A DNA stretch of 64,000 nucleotides from Phoronis australis (lineage: Eukaryota > Animalia > Phoronida): assembly GCA_002633005.1 (NCBI GenBank), contig NMRA01000016.1, forward strand, positions 1,649,860 to 1,713,859, in the 5' to 3' direction. Position 1 is the stretch's first letter. Each line of letters starts with the position of its first letter. Of the stretch, positions 37,091-50,028 are shown one piece after another. The translations under genes and the position numbers were made by a program. Under the pieces are notes generated by a model that was not told the DNA's origin, did not search any database, and saw only the letters and a list, made by a program, of their open reading frames with translations.

Positions 37091-37430
37091 TATAGATGTA
37101 CCTGTCGGTGTGAGTACCTGCCGTAGGTTGGGTCACGCTATATTTATATAGGTGTACGCGCCGGAGTAAGTACCTGATGGGCAGCGGGTGAGCTATATTG
37201 ATATAAATGTACCTTCTGGGATGGGTGCCTACTGGGGATTGGGTGGACTACATTTATATAGGTGAACCCGCCGGGTTGGGTAGCTGCTGGGGAGTGGGAC
37301 AATCTACACTTATAGAGATGATCCCCGGGGTGGGTACATGCTGGGGCGTGGGTAACTTATATTCATATACAAGTACCCCCAGGGTGGGTACCTGTCGTGG
37401 GGTGGGTCCATCCAAATTTATATAAATGGA
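37091..37430. repeat. Diverged ~55-bp minisatellite, six units plus a partial unit
   Basis: Unit starts (TATA) at 37091, 37147, 37202, 37257, 37311, 37366 and 37421. Approximate consensus TATARRTGTACCCnCCGGGGTGGGTACCTGCTGGGGnnTGGGTnAnCTAYATTTA. Confidence 0.9.
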
Positions 37431-38269
37431 TACGCTTTATTTACGTAGGTGTAAACAGTCTCGACCGTAGCCTCAGTTGATCACTCCTCTACTGACACAG
37501 GTGTGCCCAGTTATAAACGCACTCTACTTGGAAATATTTAATTCTATATAGGGTATCCCACGTGTCTATATAAAAACAAGTAATACTCGACAAGTAGAGT
37601 TCTAATTAAATAACAAGTTGTTAGTTGTACTCTTTAAACAGTTATACGTGAGAATTGTAATGTTTTATTAAAAAGACTGAGATGTATTGTAAAAAACGAA
37701 ATCCAAAAAGGAGGATATTCACGTTTCGAAATTTTTTTTCAACAAAGAACGAATCAGTGTTTAGTCTAGGTGCAGGTATCCGAAGTATTTATTTTGCTGC
37801 GAAAGTTACGCGGCTGGACAAACACGTAGTCGCATTTAAATGACCAGACAGGAAAAGTCCACTTATTTTCAAAACACTTGTCTCAGTTTAAAAGTGTCCT
37901 GGTAAATACTTGATTACAAGAATATGCCTGATGTCTAGATAAAAATATCTAATTTCCGCTGTTGAAGTTTTTAGATGTTCATATCATCAACTGACGATTG
38001 AAATTCGGGTACACTTGGGTATAAGGAGGACGGTGTTTCTGCTCTGTGTGTTCTGAAAGACACGTTTTAATAGAGTGTCCAGTGTCTGATGACCCTGGGG
38101 ATTGTTCAGTGTTTGCCATAATGTTAGAAATAACGATGGCGATCTTTTCATTCATTTGATGAACTTATGTACGGTTTGTAAGTTATCTCCCTTTAATCAC
38201 CAAGCGTTTATTGTACATAGTTCGCGAGCACATTTTATTTTTCAAATAATATATCTTTTTTCAATGTAA

Positions 38270-38692
38270 AGTACCGTTTACACTTACAAAGTTGACACGT
38301 ATCAGCTGACGCGGAACAAGCTGGTCCAATGTGTAAACGGACTGACACGGCGCAAATTGACACCGCTGTGGCAAATTTTTGCCACCCGTTTGTGAGGTAG
38401 ACTAATTTGCGCCCGAACATCTTGCGCCGTATCAATTATAAGTCTAAACGCGAAACTGTAGTAAGGCGGAAAGGATCATCTCTACTGCGCTTGTGCAATG
38501 ACCTACGTACGGGTTCTTTGTCTATGTAACTGTCGTCGTTTGTAAGCCTGCGCATGTGCGATACAGTCTCTCCAGCCTTTAATTTCCGTCTTGCCACGGT
38601 TAGTGAGTTGTGTGTGTAAACGCCTGCTTGACACGGGTCAATTTGCTCCGTGTCAGTTGCACCGGACCTAAAGTTGATATCTAAACGGGACT
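38270..38692. mobile_element. Tourist/Harbinger-like MITE; related fragment at ~52580-52700
   Basis: Ends AGTACCGTTTACA / TCTAAACGGGACT with TAA/TTA flanks. Internal inverted repeat CTGACACGGCGCAAATTGAC / GTCAATTTGCTCCGTGTCAG. Confidence 0.65.
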
Positions 38693-41412
38693 TTAGTTAC
38701 ACGTTTGCGTATTCGCTAGCTGTGCTTATTGGCCTAAGTACTAAGATAACCTGATAAATTCAATAAGGTTTCGAGTTTACACATCCGTCACTCGCGTGAT
38801 TCTACGTGAGTCTTTCTTTTCTCGCAAGAAACCCTGGTATCGGATCGGTTGTGTGCTCGACCTAAGGAACTAAATCTTTGAAGTTCGTCGTCCGCATCGC
38901 GTTCCACGTCTAGTATGTGCCATACCGGCATGCCATTTAAAGACTTTTTTGTAGGGGCAGCAAAACAAATAACTTTTCATGAATTTTTTTTTCTTATAAC
39001 ATTATCCTACTGAAAGATGACTTGCAGTGGATTGTTACTTGGTATCTGAAAACGAAAATATTATACGTCGTGACAGTAAATGTGATCTCCAGCTCAAAGT
39101 CATGGTTGTATTGTTACAATGCTAATCAAATAAAGGCTAACGAATTAGTCTCTGAAAATAGTTTGGCGTTTTCATTGAGCCCCAAATTAAAGTCATCAAC
39201 TCAAATTTATTTCTCATAATGGGATTAAATATTGAAACTTTCAGCTCATTAATAACCACTTTAAAATACTTGGAATGTATTGCGCAACGGACCGCTTGTT
39301 GCTACCAAGTGTTGAGTGACTGCAGAAACGATCGATATTTCTGGGGATCAAAACGGTAATTAAAAAGTAATTAGACATAGTGATATTGGAAAAAGGAGCA
39401 ATCCTCAAGATACTTGGACTGCTAACTGAAAGAAATTATCACTTTTGCAGCTTCCTCTGTCGCAAAATAAAAAATTTATCAACTGAACACGCCAGAGCAT
39501 TCCTTGAAACTTTTTTAAAACGAGACGTTATCGGCTACGATGATGCATTAATTAACGAAAAGCGCAACGTTGAGCAGAATTACACTAATTTTATACCGGA
39601 AAACATTTCAACAGTTGTTAAAAGTTTTTCATTAAAAATCTCAGATTTTGTTACGTGAACATGCGTTTATTTTGAATTTGTTTTCTAAAAAATTCGGGCG
39701 GTCAACGACCATGTCAAAGTTCAGGCATGTTATGCAGAACATAATATTGAGATAATAGTTAATCCCAAATTCACATAGATATGCAGTTATGATCACCATG
39801 TTTTTTCAAAGCGGATTTGAATATTTTGGAACTCGAATTTCGACGTTTTTGATTCCTCGACAGTGTGAAAGTCGGTTAATTAGTTTAACTCTAAATGCAC
39901 TATGAGCTTTTTATAAATTTACACTTAAAATCAATCAAAAATTATCATGAAAGTTTAGTTATTTTTGAAAGGCATGAGACGAATCCAAACCCATCCTACT
40001 GTCAAGCAAGTTCCGCGGCGGCCATGCAAGTTCTATATTACTGGAAATGTTCAACTCATCGCGCACGACAGTCCAGCGTTCGATTCAGCTGAATCTCGAT
40101 TTTTGGCTATCACCACCACGCGTCTTCGTTTATTTTCCACTGAACAACAAACAGATTAAAAGTTCGTTGGCAGTCAACGTCATGAACCGACAAATTCCAA
40201 CAGAATCGCTCAAACGTAACGATTTTGTTGTTTATACTGTGGTCAGTGCTAATAAATTCCAAAAGTCTATCGTGCCCAACAAGCTCTCAAAAATACTTTT
40301 CGCTACTAAAATCGATTGTTTTTCTCTTGCTCTAGCTTCACTGGACTTCATTCTCTAATCGAAACTGAAATATTCTCATTGTTAGTGTTGTTTACTATAG
40401 TCGCGAGAAATTATTCTATTTCAGATTCGTGTATAGTAACAAAGCGCAATGATCGTGAACGTATTCACATCAACGATTTCGTGTTATCCACTTGCTTGTC
40501 TATTTCTTTGGACGCGTTTAACATCATTATGTCTAGTCAAATGTGTACATGTTGGTTGCTACGTTATCATTTTCAGCCCTGCACACCATGTAATTTATGT
40601 CAATGACAAATCGGTTTGTCATGGCGTCTTGAAGCGTGAAAACGAGTGTCAGGGAGTGGGTGTCACGTTTGTATTTTGAATAGCGCCTACATCTGCAGGC
40701 GTACCTTTTCACTCTGTACAGCATGGTGGCTCAGCGGTACAGGTAGAAATTTTCGGCTTAAATTGCATAGTGTTGTTTCTCGGTATCCAGCTGAAGCCAA
40801 GTCAGTGGTTCAGTTTGCCGCTACCGCCACCTACCGATCGTAATTAGCAGCGGCGGTGGCACAAAACTGGTGATAATGTAACTGTAACTTGTGCCACTAC
40901 ACACCAGACATCGGCCGATCGCAGCGGCGAATCAAGAGCCTGTGAAAACACATGGTCGAAATACTGAGTTTAACAGTCATTCTCAGACAGTGTTTAACTT
41001 ATTGACTATTCGGATCAATTGACTAACGTGAAAACATATTCTTAACTACAAAATAAAGTGAGTATAGGCGGCATGCAGTATCATTCTCTAACTCTGTCTT
41101 ACTGCTTGTGCAGTAGCCTGATCATAACTGTGAAATTACGTACAATACTGCATTAGTAAATGAAATGAAATGAAAGAAAGGAACGTCATTAGTCTATTAG
41201 CTATCGTCTCATTTGCAATGAGCTCCAATTGTAATCAATAACATAGGAACATTTAGCGTAGGTTTTCACTATCTGTAAACAATGGCAGTCGCATGGACAT
41301 CGTACATATTTTAAAATTTGTTCTTATGCTGTGCTTAGATTATAACCGTTTTCAAAGAAACGGCTGGAATTCCCGTGGTCACCAGACTAATTCGTCTGCT
41401 GAAACTAACCAG

Positions 41413-41563
41413 GCGTGCGTTCAGTAGACGCTAGGACCTACGCTAGGACCTAGCTAAAACCTAGTCAAAGTCACGTGCTCTCATTTAAAATGCACGGCAA
41501 TATCTCACGTAATCTCGCGAAGTCTTGCTTTTTAGTTAGGTCCTAGCGTTACTGAACGGGAGG
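41413..41563. mobile_element. PIF/Harbinger-like MITE, family H1, copy 3
   Basis: CAG|GCGTGCGTTCAGT ... ACTGAACGGGAGG|CTG. Confidence 0.85.
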
Positions 41564-43671
41564 CTGCTGTAACGAGTATCTAGTGCGGTAATGGGAAAAT
41601 TCTAGTCCTTCTCAGGCTTGGAAACTATTTCTAATGCGATTAAGAACGAGATAAATCCGGTTTTATAGCAGTAAATGATAGCTTACTCAAAAGTTGTTGT
41701 GTGACAGAAGGTGCGGGTGAGGGTGCATTGCACCTTTAATTGATTAGATTTCTTTTCCTGATACCCCAATTATAATTCTTCAACATAAAAAATACGATTT
41801 AGTCACTCAAATGTAGGCGCGCAAAAGTGTATGTGGGGTAGTCTTTTAGCGCCATAGTGGCGTCACTGTGAGAACACCGATCAAAGAATGAAAATCCGAA
41901 GTAGTTGTATTCAATAGGGGACTGAACAGAACTCCATATGGGGATTCTCACGGTCACGTAGACGACTGCAAGTCAATAAGCCTAACCGCTCATTTGGCAA
42001 TTCACACAGCATTTTGTGCTCAGAGTGATACTCCAAACATGGTATAGCGACCATTCAAGGCTGGCTTTAAGACTTTGATTTTGAAATCGCAGCGCTACCT
42101 CTTGATAAATTCGCTGAACCTGAAAACAATAAGCAATTCTTGTTGCATGAAGAAGCCAATGAGAAAGCTCCAAATAAAGGTGCTGTCCGTGTGTTCGCAC
42201 CGCCAGTATCGGATTCAATTCAGTGGAAAAGGTCACAAGGTGTATGTATCGTTGACCGTTAACAGCAAAGTGTCGCCCGTAAATTATGGTGATCAATAAT
42301 TAGCGCGTTAAATACTGTCGTCAATTACCCTCGTTTTAAACAACAATGAATGACGCAATTACTTTTCGAACACAAACAAATCTATAGGTCAGGAACATTG
42401 TCAATATAAGAACATTTACAATGGACTTCATTTTATAATTTTCATGACTCTTGGATCAAGTTTTGTTGTTTTAGTGACATGGTTTGTTGACGGAAATAAT
42501 TAGAACAGCTATGCGTTGATTGTAAATGAAAGCAAAAGAGTGGCACTCCTTTTCAAAAACACTTGACGGTCGATATAAAACACGTGGCAAAATATTGAGA
42601 CAACTGAAATAACCCAGAAGTCCCAGTCATAACGGAAGTCTGATTTATGGTCACAGTAGTCTTGTCTTTCCTCATGACCGAAGATGAAGGTATTAACAAG
42701 TGATTAACCTGTTGTGTAATAAGATATTTTCTGCCTTAAAAGTGGTCAACAGAATTAGCCGTCAAAACGGGAAAATGGTATTTTGTCTTGCACTGTAACT
42801 TTTTCTAATGGTAAGAGGATTGTAGTACGGCGACAAACGTCAACTTGAACATTTGTTTTAATCAGTAATACACAATTTCTTACCAGATCCCCATTATCAG
42901 GAGATTGTGCAACCAACTCTGTGTTCATCTCACTTCTTTATCATTTTTTGCTGCTGCTTGATTTGTTTTTGTTCCCAACAAAGCGCTTGGCTTTTATGAA
43001 GACACGTGTTGCAGCTCGTTTTAGTACAACATTCTGATTACTCTGTTATAATTGAGTTTGATCCTGAACAAGTATTGACATGTTCTTTTTCACCGTCCAA
43101 GTAATTTTGATTGATAATTATTAGCTGATACAACTTCCTTTTTAAATTTGAAAAAGTAGGACAAAAGCGTGAATATTGACAGAGTTATTTGGAATAAGAT
43201 GTGTGGGTGCATTTTGAGAAACCTTGTATTGATAAAGCTATTCTGCAGTTTAAAACCGTTCCACAAGATGTCTCTGTATATGTGTATATCACTGTCGGAA
43301 AATTATTAACAATGCCGGTGTAACAGGAAATAAGATAACTGTGGAAATTAATTTCCTGTCCACTCTTACGCGCGCATAATTTTTTTCACTTCATTCGAGG
43401 ATATGTGAAGAATTTTCATTTGATAGTAAGTTTAGTCAGAATCATTTATTGAAGTGACTGTGTTTGCATCAAATTATAAGTAAGTTCAAAAGTCAAAAAC
43501 CCAACCAAAGCAATCAGGTCCGACCTTAATCACTCACGCATCTTTAGTCGAAATGTAAGAAGAACAGCAATGTAAAATAAATTTACTACGAGGTCTTACG
43601 TAAAATAGTTAATCATTAATGAACAAAGCTCATTTACTTAAAAGGATACCAAACCCGGTTTTGGCCGATTA

Positions 43672-45085
43672 GGTTATCTCAAACCTTATTTAGTGGACTC
43701 CATTCTAACTCGTATTAAAAAACTAGGCTTTGTCAACTAGTAAAAGTATATATTTTCTGACCGAAAAAAGTCCAGGATATATAAAAGTTTGTTTTAAATT
43801 TATGTGCCATTGTCATTGTTACGTTAAAACCTTTTCTAAGTCAGTGTTCCACGCTTAAGAAAGGTACACTCATAGCAAAATAAACCCACGGTCGATTTTA
43901 ATTTAACCCTTTTTAAATGAAAACTTCACCAGTTACTTCAAAAACTTTGTTAGAAATTTTCGATTAGCCCTTTCGTTTGATTTCTATGAAAAATAAACTC
44001 GCTAAACGTAAGGTATGCCGTATTCTTCTTTGTTATATTACGCAAAAACTAGGCCTTTATATCAAAAGTCCTAACATTGTTTTTGATAGTGATGAACAAA
44101 TATTGAGTTTGGAAAGTTTTAGCGAAATCCACCAAGCCGTTTTTGAGAACTCGTGTGATTAAATTCCAATTAAGTCGATTTGCCGAAGTCGAGAAAAAAG
44201 CGATTATGTAGCGAGATGTGAAAATCTTAAGGACTTCGGTAAGTTATCCGGTGAAAACTTGTTTTTGGTTGATATAACTTATGCACCCCTTAGCCACGTT
44301 CATTATTTCAGCATTCACGTGCAATGTCATCTTAAGTTGCAGTGCGTAATTAACTTAATTATCACAAAAACTTTTAATTTAAAGCAAATCGATCTTCATT
44401 GCTTAGAATCCAACGAGGTCATGGGCGAAGCCAGCATATTAAGTGGGTCAAGCTGGTGCATTGTGGTCCACTTTAAATTATTTCAACAGTTCTTTGTTAG
44501 ACACACCACGCACTGGTATGAAAACCATTACGAAATGGATGCAGAAATCGGGTCGGTGGTGACCATGTGATAAAAATAGGAATTTAGGTGAGGACGTATC
44601 TCACTTCACAACTTGCTGTGTTCGTAAACACAAAGTCACAGAGCCCTGAGGCGACTCGTGGCCGTTGTTCTCAATGGTGAGTTGGCCAACGGTGGCGTGC
44701 ATGGAGACACGGACAAATCTCTTAGTATAAAAAGCTTCGTTTTGTCTTCGTTTTCCCTGGCATCTTTCTATCATATGTACTTGTCGTTGACGCAATACTA
44801 TGGCCACTCAGTGAATGAAAAGACTGAGGATACACACGGAGCTGCTCGATCTGTGCGTGGCAGAAGATTCGATCTGAATGACAGCCCTGTAACCTTTGAC
44901 CTCGGATAAGTGATGAACAAATTTCCACGCGGCTGTGCAGTTCCCAGGTGGTTCTGCTAAATCTTATTTTTATTGCTACACGGTATATGATTCGTATTTG
45001 AAGTTCCCGGAGAATGAAGATAATGCTAGACGTATGTGAAATGGGGTAAAATGGCCAATTTTGGTAAATAAGGTTTGAAATATCC
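43672..45085 (+). mobile_element. Non-autonomous Kolobok-type element, family K2, copy 2, nested in repeat R1
   Basis: GGTTATCTCAAACCTTATT ... AATAAGGTTTGAAATATCC|TTAA. The flanks rejoin into an inverted R1 copy at the TTAA seen intact at ~3662. Confidence 0.9.
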
Positions 45086-47287
45086 TTAACAGATAATAAA
45101 CGAGACTTTCGTATCCAATTCTATGAAACAAAATAATGCTCTATAACCCTCGACAACCCTCAAAAGTTTGGAGAAAGACTTGCTTTTAGCTTTCAAGACT
45201 GCCGCCAATTGTGCATTAGCAGGTGACAGAGGGCGGATTGGCAGAAATCATCAAAACAGGGGTTAGTATCCAGCGTTCGACGATTAGCTCAACGCTAAGT
45301 CTTGTTTGTCAACCTGCAAAAAGTCCTAGGTCACCAAACAAAATCTGAGGTCGTCAAAACTGAAAATCGCCAAACAAAATCTGAGGTTGCCAATCAGGCG
45401 TAGAAATCGTCGACAAAAAGGTCGTACGATCGTACCGCGCCCCATTCTCAGAATCTTAAGCGTACCTCTCCAAATTCTCCCTCTAAATGTACATTCACTC
45501 TCTATCGCAATCTTTCCCCTAGCGAAGGAACTTAGAGCGCAGACGATTACGTACACTGGTGGCGCATATTTCACCGATCTTCCCCGAATTTTACTGAATA
45601 ATTCCAACTTCCACCTGTTTACTTCTTGATGTAATTTAAGCGCGTGTTTGATGTGTGCCGCGACTGCTGTGGCGGCAAATGCGCTGATTTTACGACATAA
45701 ACGAAACAATTGTGAATCAAAGGCAGTAGGAATACTGTTAGTAATTTGAAGTTTACAAGTCACACAAACTTTGAAACGAAGTTAAGGGATGCTCGCAGTG
45801 GCGAATTGAGACCCAAACACAATCTGAAGTCGCATTGGTCGCAGGTTGTCAAATCGAGCAATGGTATCAATTTAAAGGAGTACCTCCTGGAACAACAACT
45901 TAGTGAGTAGCTTTTTTCCCATGAAACTTATGTCCCGTGGCACCTGGTTATGGTTAGGCGGTGCTCTAAGCTGTCAGGAGTCTGGGGGCTGGGGTGATTT
46001 GATTTGACATCCTTACTAATCACAGTGCGATCAGATAAACCTTTTTATTGACCAATAACAGAAAATAAACCACGCAATGGGAATTTTCAAGCTAACGCAA
46101 ACTAATATAGAACTCTGCACACAAACTTAACCTACGCACTATGGCACAGACGGCAGAGCCATGAATGTGTGACACAGACAATACTGTAACTCAGACGGGT
46201 GCTGCTCTTCTGTTCTTGGTCGACTCATCCTGGTATCACCCTCTGCTGATCACGTCCATTGGCTACGTCACAGATTGTGCATTATTTGTGTAGGTAGATA
46301 GTATGATTTATAAGTGTGCCTGCAAATAACTGATTTATGCTTTATTGGTCTCGCCTACAGAATCTCCCCATTTGGCAGCTTGGTAGCTACCCCTTTCCCC
46401 ATACGTAGGGCTTCACTGTCTGGGGCCACTGTAGATTTCAGTCCTCTTTTTTTCTCGACGTTTTTGCCAAGCAAGTTGTTGTGACCAGAAAAAAAGCATT
46501 TGGCGTTCGAAAACGTTAACTTAGTTCAGACATACATTTTGACAAACAATTAACTAAAGAGACCAAGATCCTAATTAGTTTTCTGACGTACGCACACGCA
46601 AAATTTCAATTCATCCGGTTATCGTCGATGTCAGTTGGTCAATATTTCACATTTCTCATAATCGATTATGACTGTAAAAACCGGTTCGCATGAAAATGTT
46701 TCATTTAGATCACTGTATCGCTGTAAAACTGGTCTCAATTTGTATCTTGGTTAGATTACATATACGGTTCCAGACTAAAGAATGAATGACATGTCGTTAG
46801 CGTTGACGACTTCAAAGATATAGTTTCACACTGCACTGGACTTTTAACGAGTTAAAGCTGGACTAAGTGGGCAAAAACGGACATATTTGTCACACTTACC
46901 CGACCCATTATGTACACCTTTGCATATAGCTGATTTACGAATAGCCGCGCCCAATTCACTATCCCGCCAGATGGCGATCAGGTGGACAGGCGTTCAACGC
47001 CACCTACAAATCCAGGACAGGATCGTCATCTTTAATATCTGTTAATACGTTGAATCCAGGATTGGTATCCTTTTAAGCTAACAATTGAAGGGACTTGCTG
47101 GCATTTGTTCCTCTTGTTTTAGAATTAACGAACTCATATGTGGTAACTGAATATCTGTCTCTCGAGTCTGAGTCGGGATTAAGCGGCAGTCACTTTTGCG
47201 CTCTCATTACTATAGAAAGCGCCAACATGAAAAGCCCGCTATTGATAAAAAGCTGCTTTAAACAAACAAACACTGTGAAATACATAT

Positions 47288-47443
47288 CAGTGGCGGATTA
47301 GAGGGGGGACAAGGGGGGCATGACGCCCCTAAAATTTTCCCAGATTACATTTGGCAGTTCGAGGCTGCGAATGTCTGACTGACAAAATCCAGGCTAATAC
47401 TCTTCCCAGACCCCCTAAACTCAAAATCCTGTATCCGCCCCTG
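47288..47443. mobile_element. CAGTGGCGGAT-type MITE (hAT-like)
   Basis: TIR CAGTGGCGGAT / ATCCGCCCCTG with flanks CATAT/AATAT. Confidence 0.75.
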
Positions 47444-47508
47444 AATATCACCTTGAAACATAAACTAATGGATGAAAGCTGAATTAACACGTGAAAATTG
47501 ACGTAACG

Positions 47509-47781
47509 GGTCAAAATGGACATAATGAGTCCTCAGGACCCCCGAGAGCATAATTGATCGAAACGGAATTAATGGCCGTTTTGACCAACCATTTCGAAAT
47601 GCCCATTATCATTAAAAATAGGCTAATGGCTTAACGCTGACCTTACGGGTGAAAGTGAACCTAGCATAGGGAAATGAATATAATTGGTCAAAATGGACAT
47701 AATATGGAACGAAATGAATATATTGAGCCAAATGGTCATATTGGATTAAAATGGAAATACTGGGTCAAAATCGACATTATG
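47509..47781. repeat. Degenerate ~19-bp repeat array (GGTCAAAATGGACATAATG)
   Basis: Units at 47509 and 47685, then further tandem units to ~47781; one inverted unit (ATGGCCGTTTTGACC) near 47572. Confidence 0.75.
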
Positions 47782-49099
47782 CGTCAGAACATGCGTTGAA
47801 TCCGACTCAGATGGAGGCCAGATCACGTGATGCATATGCTGACCTAAATTAGTTGGCCTTGTTATAAACGCAAGGAACAGGCGAAAACGATGTAGCCATG
47901 CACTACCAACGAAGCACGTGATCGCACTAGATTTTCTCGCGATTTTCTTGGGTTATTGAATGCGCTCGTGATGTTATGGCCACCCGCCATCATTTTAAAA
48001 TTAATTTCTAGTGACGTGAAATTCAAATATACTCGATTTAAAACGTTTTTGCCGAACAATTTTTGAGTGGACTCGCGATTTCCACGACATGATGTTTGGC
48101 TGTTGTTCATGACCGAACTCGACACTTGGTGCACGTACCCAACTGAAAACACACCGCCTCGATCTCGGTTAATTTTGACTGATACCTTTGCGAGGAATCG
48201 GCAATTTGTAATAAAATCACAAAATCACCATCCATTTTGCTGTTCTATAGCTTTGCTCAAAGCTAATATCTTAAAGAAGTAAACCATAGCCCAAGAATAA
48301 ACCCCCAAAATGCGTTGATTTTTTCGAACGTGAAGCCGCTTGCGTCCTTTTAAGAAACACACAGCTGTGCAGCGATGCATGGAAGAAGATAATAAAGAAC
48401 ACTATTGCTCAATAAGTGAGGGCATTGATAAATCAGACAGTCTTGCTGACTGTGCCAAAATGTTGTTGGATTCTAACTTTTAGTTCTTTCTCGGTAACCC
48501 TGCGTTTCTGCAATTAAAAACCACTTCAGTTCATTTGCTCAGCGTATGGGCCTATTCAAGTGTTGAGAATTAAAACTAAAGTGAAAGAATCGATTTCTAA
48601 ATGCAATAACTGCAGAGGTTTTTGCTTTTCTGCCGTAGTAGCGTCCATACTACGCTAAACCTAGAACAAGCTACGTACACTCCTGAAACAAGTCGTCAAC
48701 AGTAATGAACATGCAGTGTGGATGCTATCTGCTCTGAGGCAAGTTGACTCACTCATTTTTATCAACAATTTACTAAAAGAAACGTAACCGTGCATTCAGT
48801 ATAATACCTAACCCGTAACACTGCAATCGCCTCAATTTGGTCACATTTACTTTTCATGTTTCGAACCTTGTTTTCCGAAAAAAAATACCCTTTCGTCAGA
48901 CTGGCAACTCATTGCTGCAATGACTTGTTCTCTAATGTATTTTTCTACGTCTCTGTGGTTAATTATCGACACATTTTAAAGATTTAATATCCAACTTGGA
49001 CTCGAAAGACCGGCCATTTAACTCACGCAATGTCAACTTTCGCTTTTTTATCGCAGTGAGCCTCGCTTTGGATTTTAATGTCCGCCGCGTGAATTAGGT

Positions 49100-49253
49100 C
49101 TATACTGATCACATCGCCACCACTTGCACACGCCTTTATGAACTGTAATTGTTTGGGCTTAAGCCACTGGATCGGGGTTTCCTTGATTTTGTTTACCTCG
49201 ATCACTGCCCGTGTTGATACATTGCAACTATTCAAGTTAGAAGTGGTCGCCAT
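49100..49253 (-). pseudogene. Possible N-terminal fragment of a RecQ-like helicase (AcademH-type transposon remnant)
   Basis: MAT...LKPKQLQFIKACASGGDVISI resembles the Q-motif segment LKxxQ...GxDV that precedes PTGxGKS. The Walker A motif itself is absent. Confidence 0.35.
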
Positions 49254-49504
49254 GCTACGTGACAGAAAACTGAAACGGTTTTCCCAGATTTCAAGCAACG
49301 ACTGAATGTTATTACGTCGGTTGTATTACTTTAACGAATGAGAAGCCATGTTAAACAACTTTCGACAGTGCTACCTTTCGAAGCACTGTGTATGAGAGTG
49401 TAGTCGCTAGCACAGTCTTACACACATAATTTAATCCTTGTCGAAATGTATCGAATGTACTGTGTGGACACACGACTGGCCGAGGAAAAGATGCTCTAAT
49501 ATTA

Positions 49505-49883
49505 GGTTCACATGAATGGCGAAAACGCTAGCAATTTCGCTGGCTAAAACGGCAGTGGAAACGTTAGGTCTTTAGACGGACAGACGATCTTTCCGTGAAG
49601 GGGTAAATGTCACCAGCATTTAGTTTGTTTTCTCACCACCAGAGTTGCTTTCAAGCGAAAACTTATGTCAAAGTACGTTCAAACGCGTCTTACTGTATTC
49701 CTGCGCATGTGTGTCATTTAAAGTGGCGGTCAGTCTACAGAAGCGTTAGCAAAACGTCAGTAGTTTTGAGATAGCTCAAACTTCCAGCAAAGCGCGCCAG
49801 CAAAAGTGACACGCTCGACCATTCACATTATTGGCGTTTTTGCGGCAAGTGAAAACGCTAGCGTTTTGACGAGCATGTGAATC
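49505..49883. mobile_element. Harbinger-like MITE just upstream of the KCTD splice acceptor
   Basis: GGTTCACATG..AAAACGCTAGC / GCTAGCGTTTT..CATGTGAATC. Confidence 0.6.
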
Positions 49884-49989
49884 GGATATAGGGCAAGTTG
49901 TTCTTGAGTAGTTCGTAGTGACGACGACCACACTACCACGCAACTTCCTTGTCTAGTGGTCTCATTACCATTTTGCCAGTAGTTGGACA

Positions 49990-50028
49990 ATTAACTTTTG
50001 TAATTGAATTATTATTTTTTTCTTTCAG
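49990..50028 (+). promoter_or_regulatory. 3' splice site of the KCTD coding exon
   Basis: Branch-like TTAAC at ~49991, a pyrimidine tract TTTTTTTCTTTCAG|A, and no other AG between them. Confidence 0.7.

Noticed and set aside
37091-37430. CRISPR-like array
   Set aside because: The context is eukaryotic, whole units are homologous with no unique spacers, and there are no cas genes.
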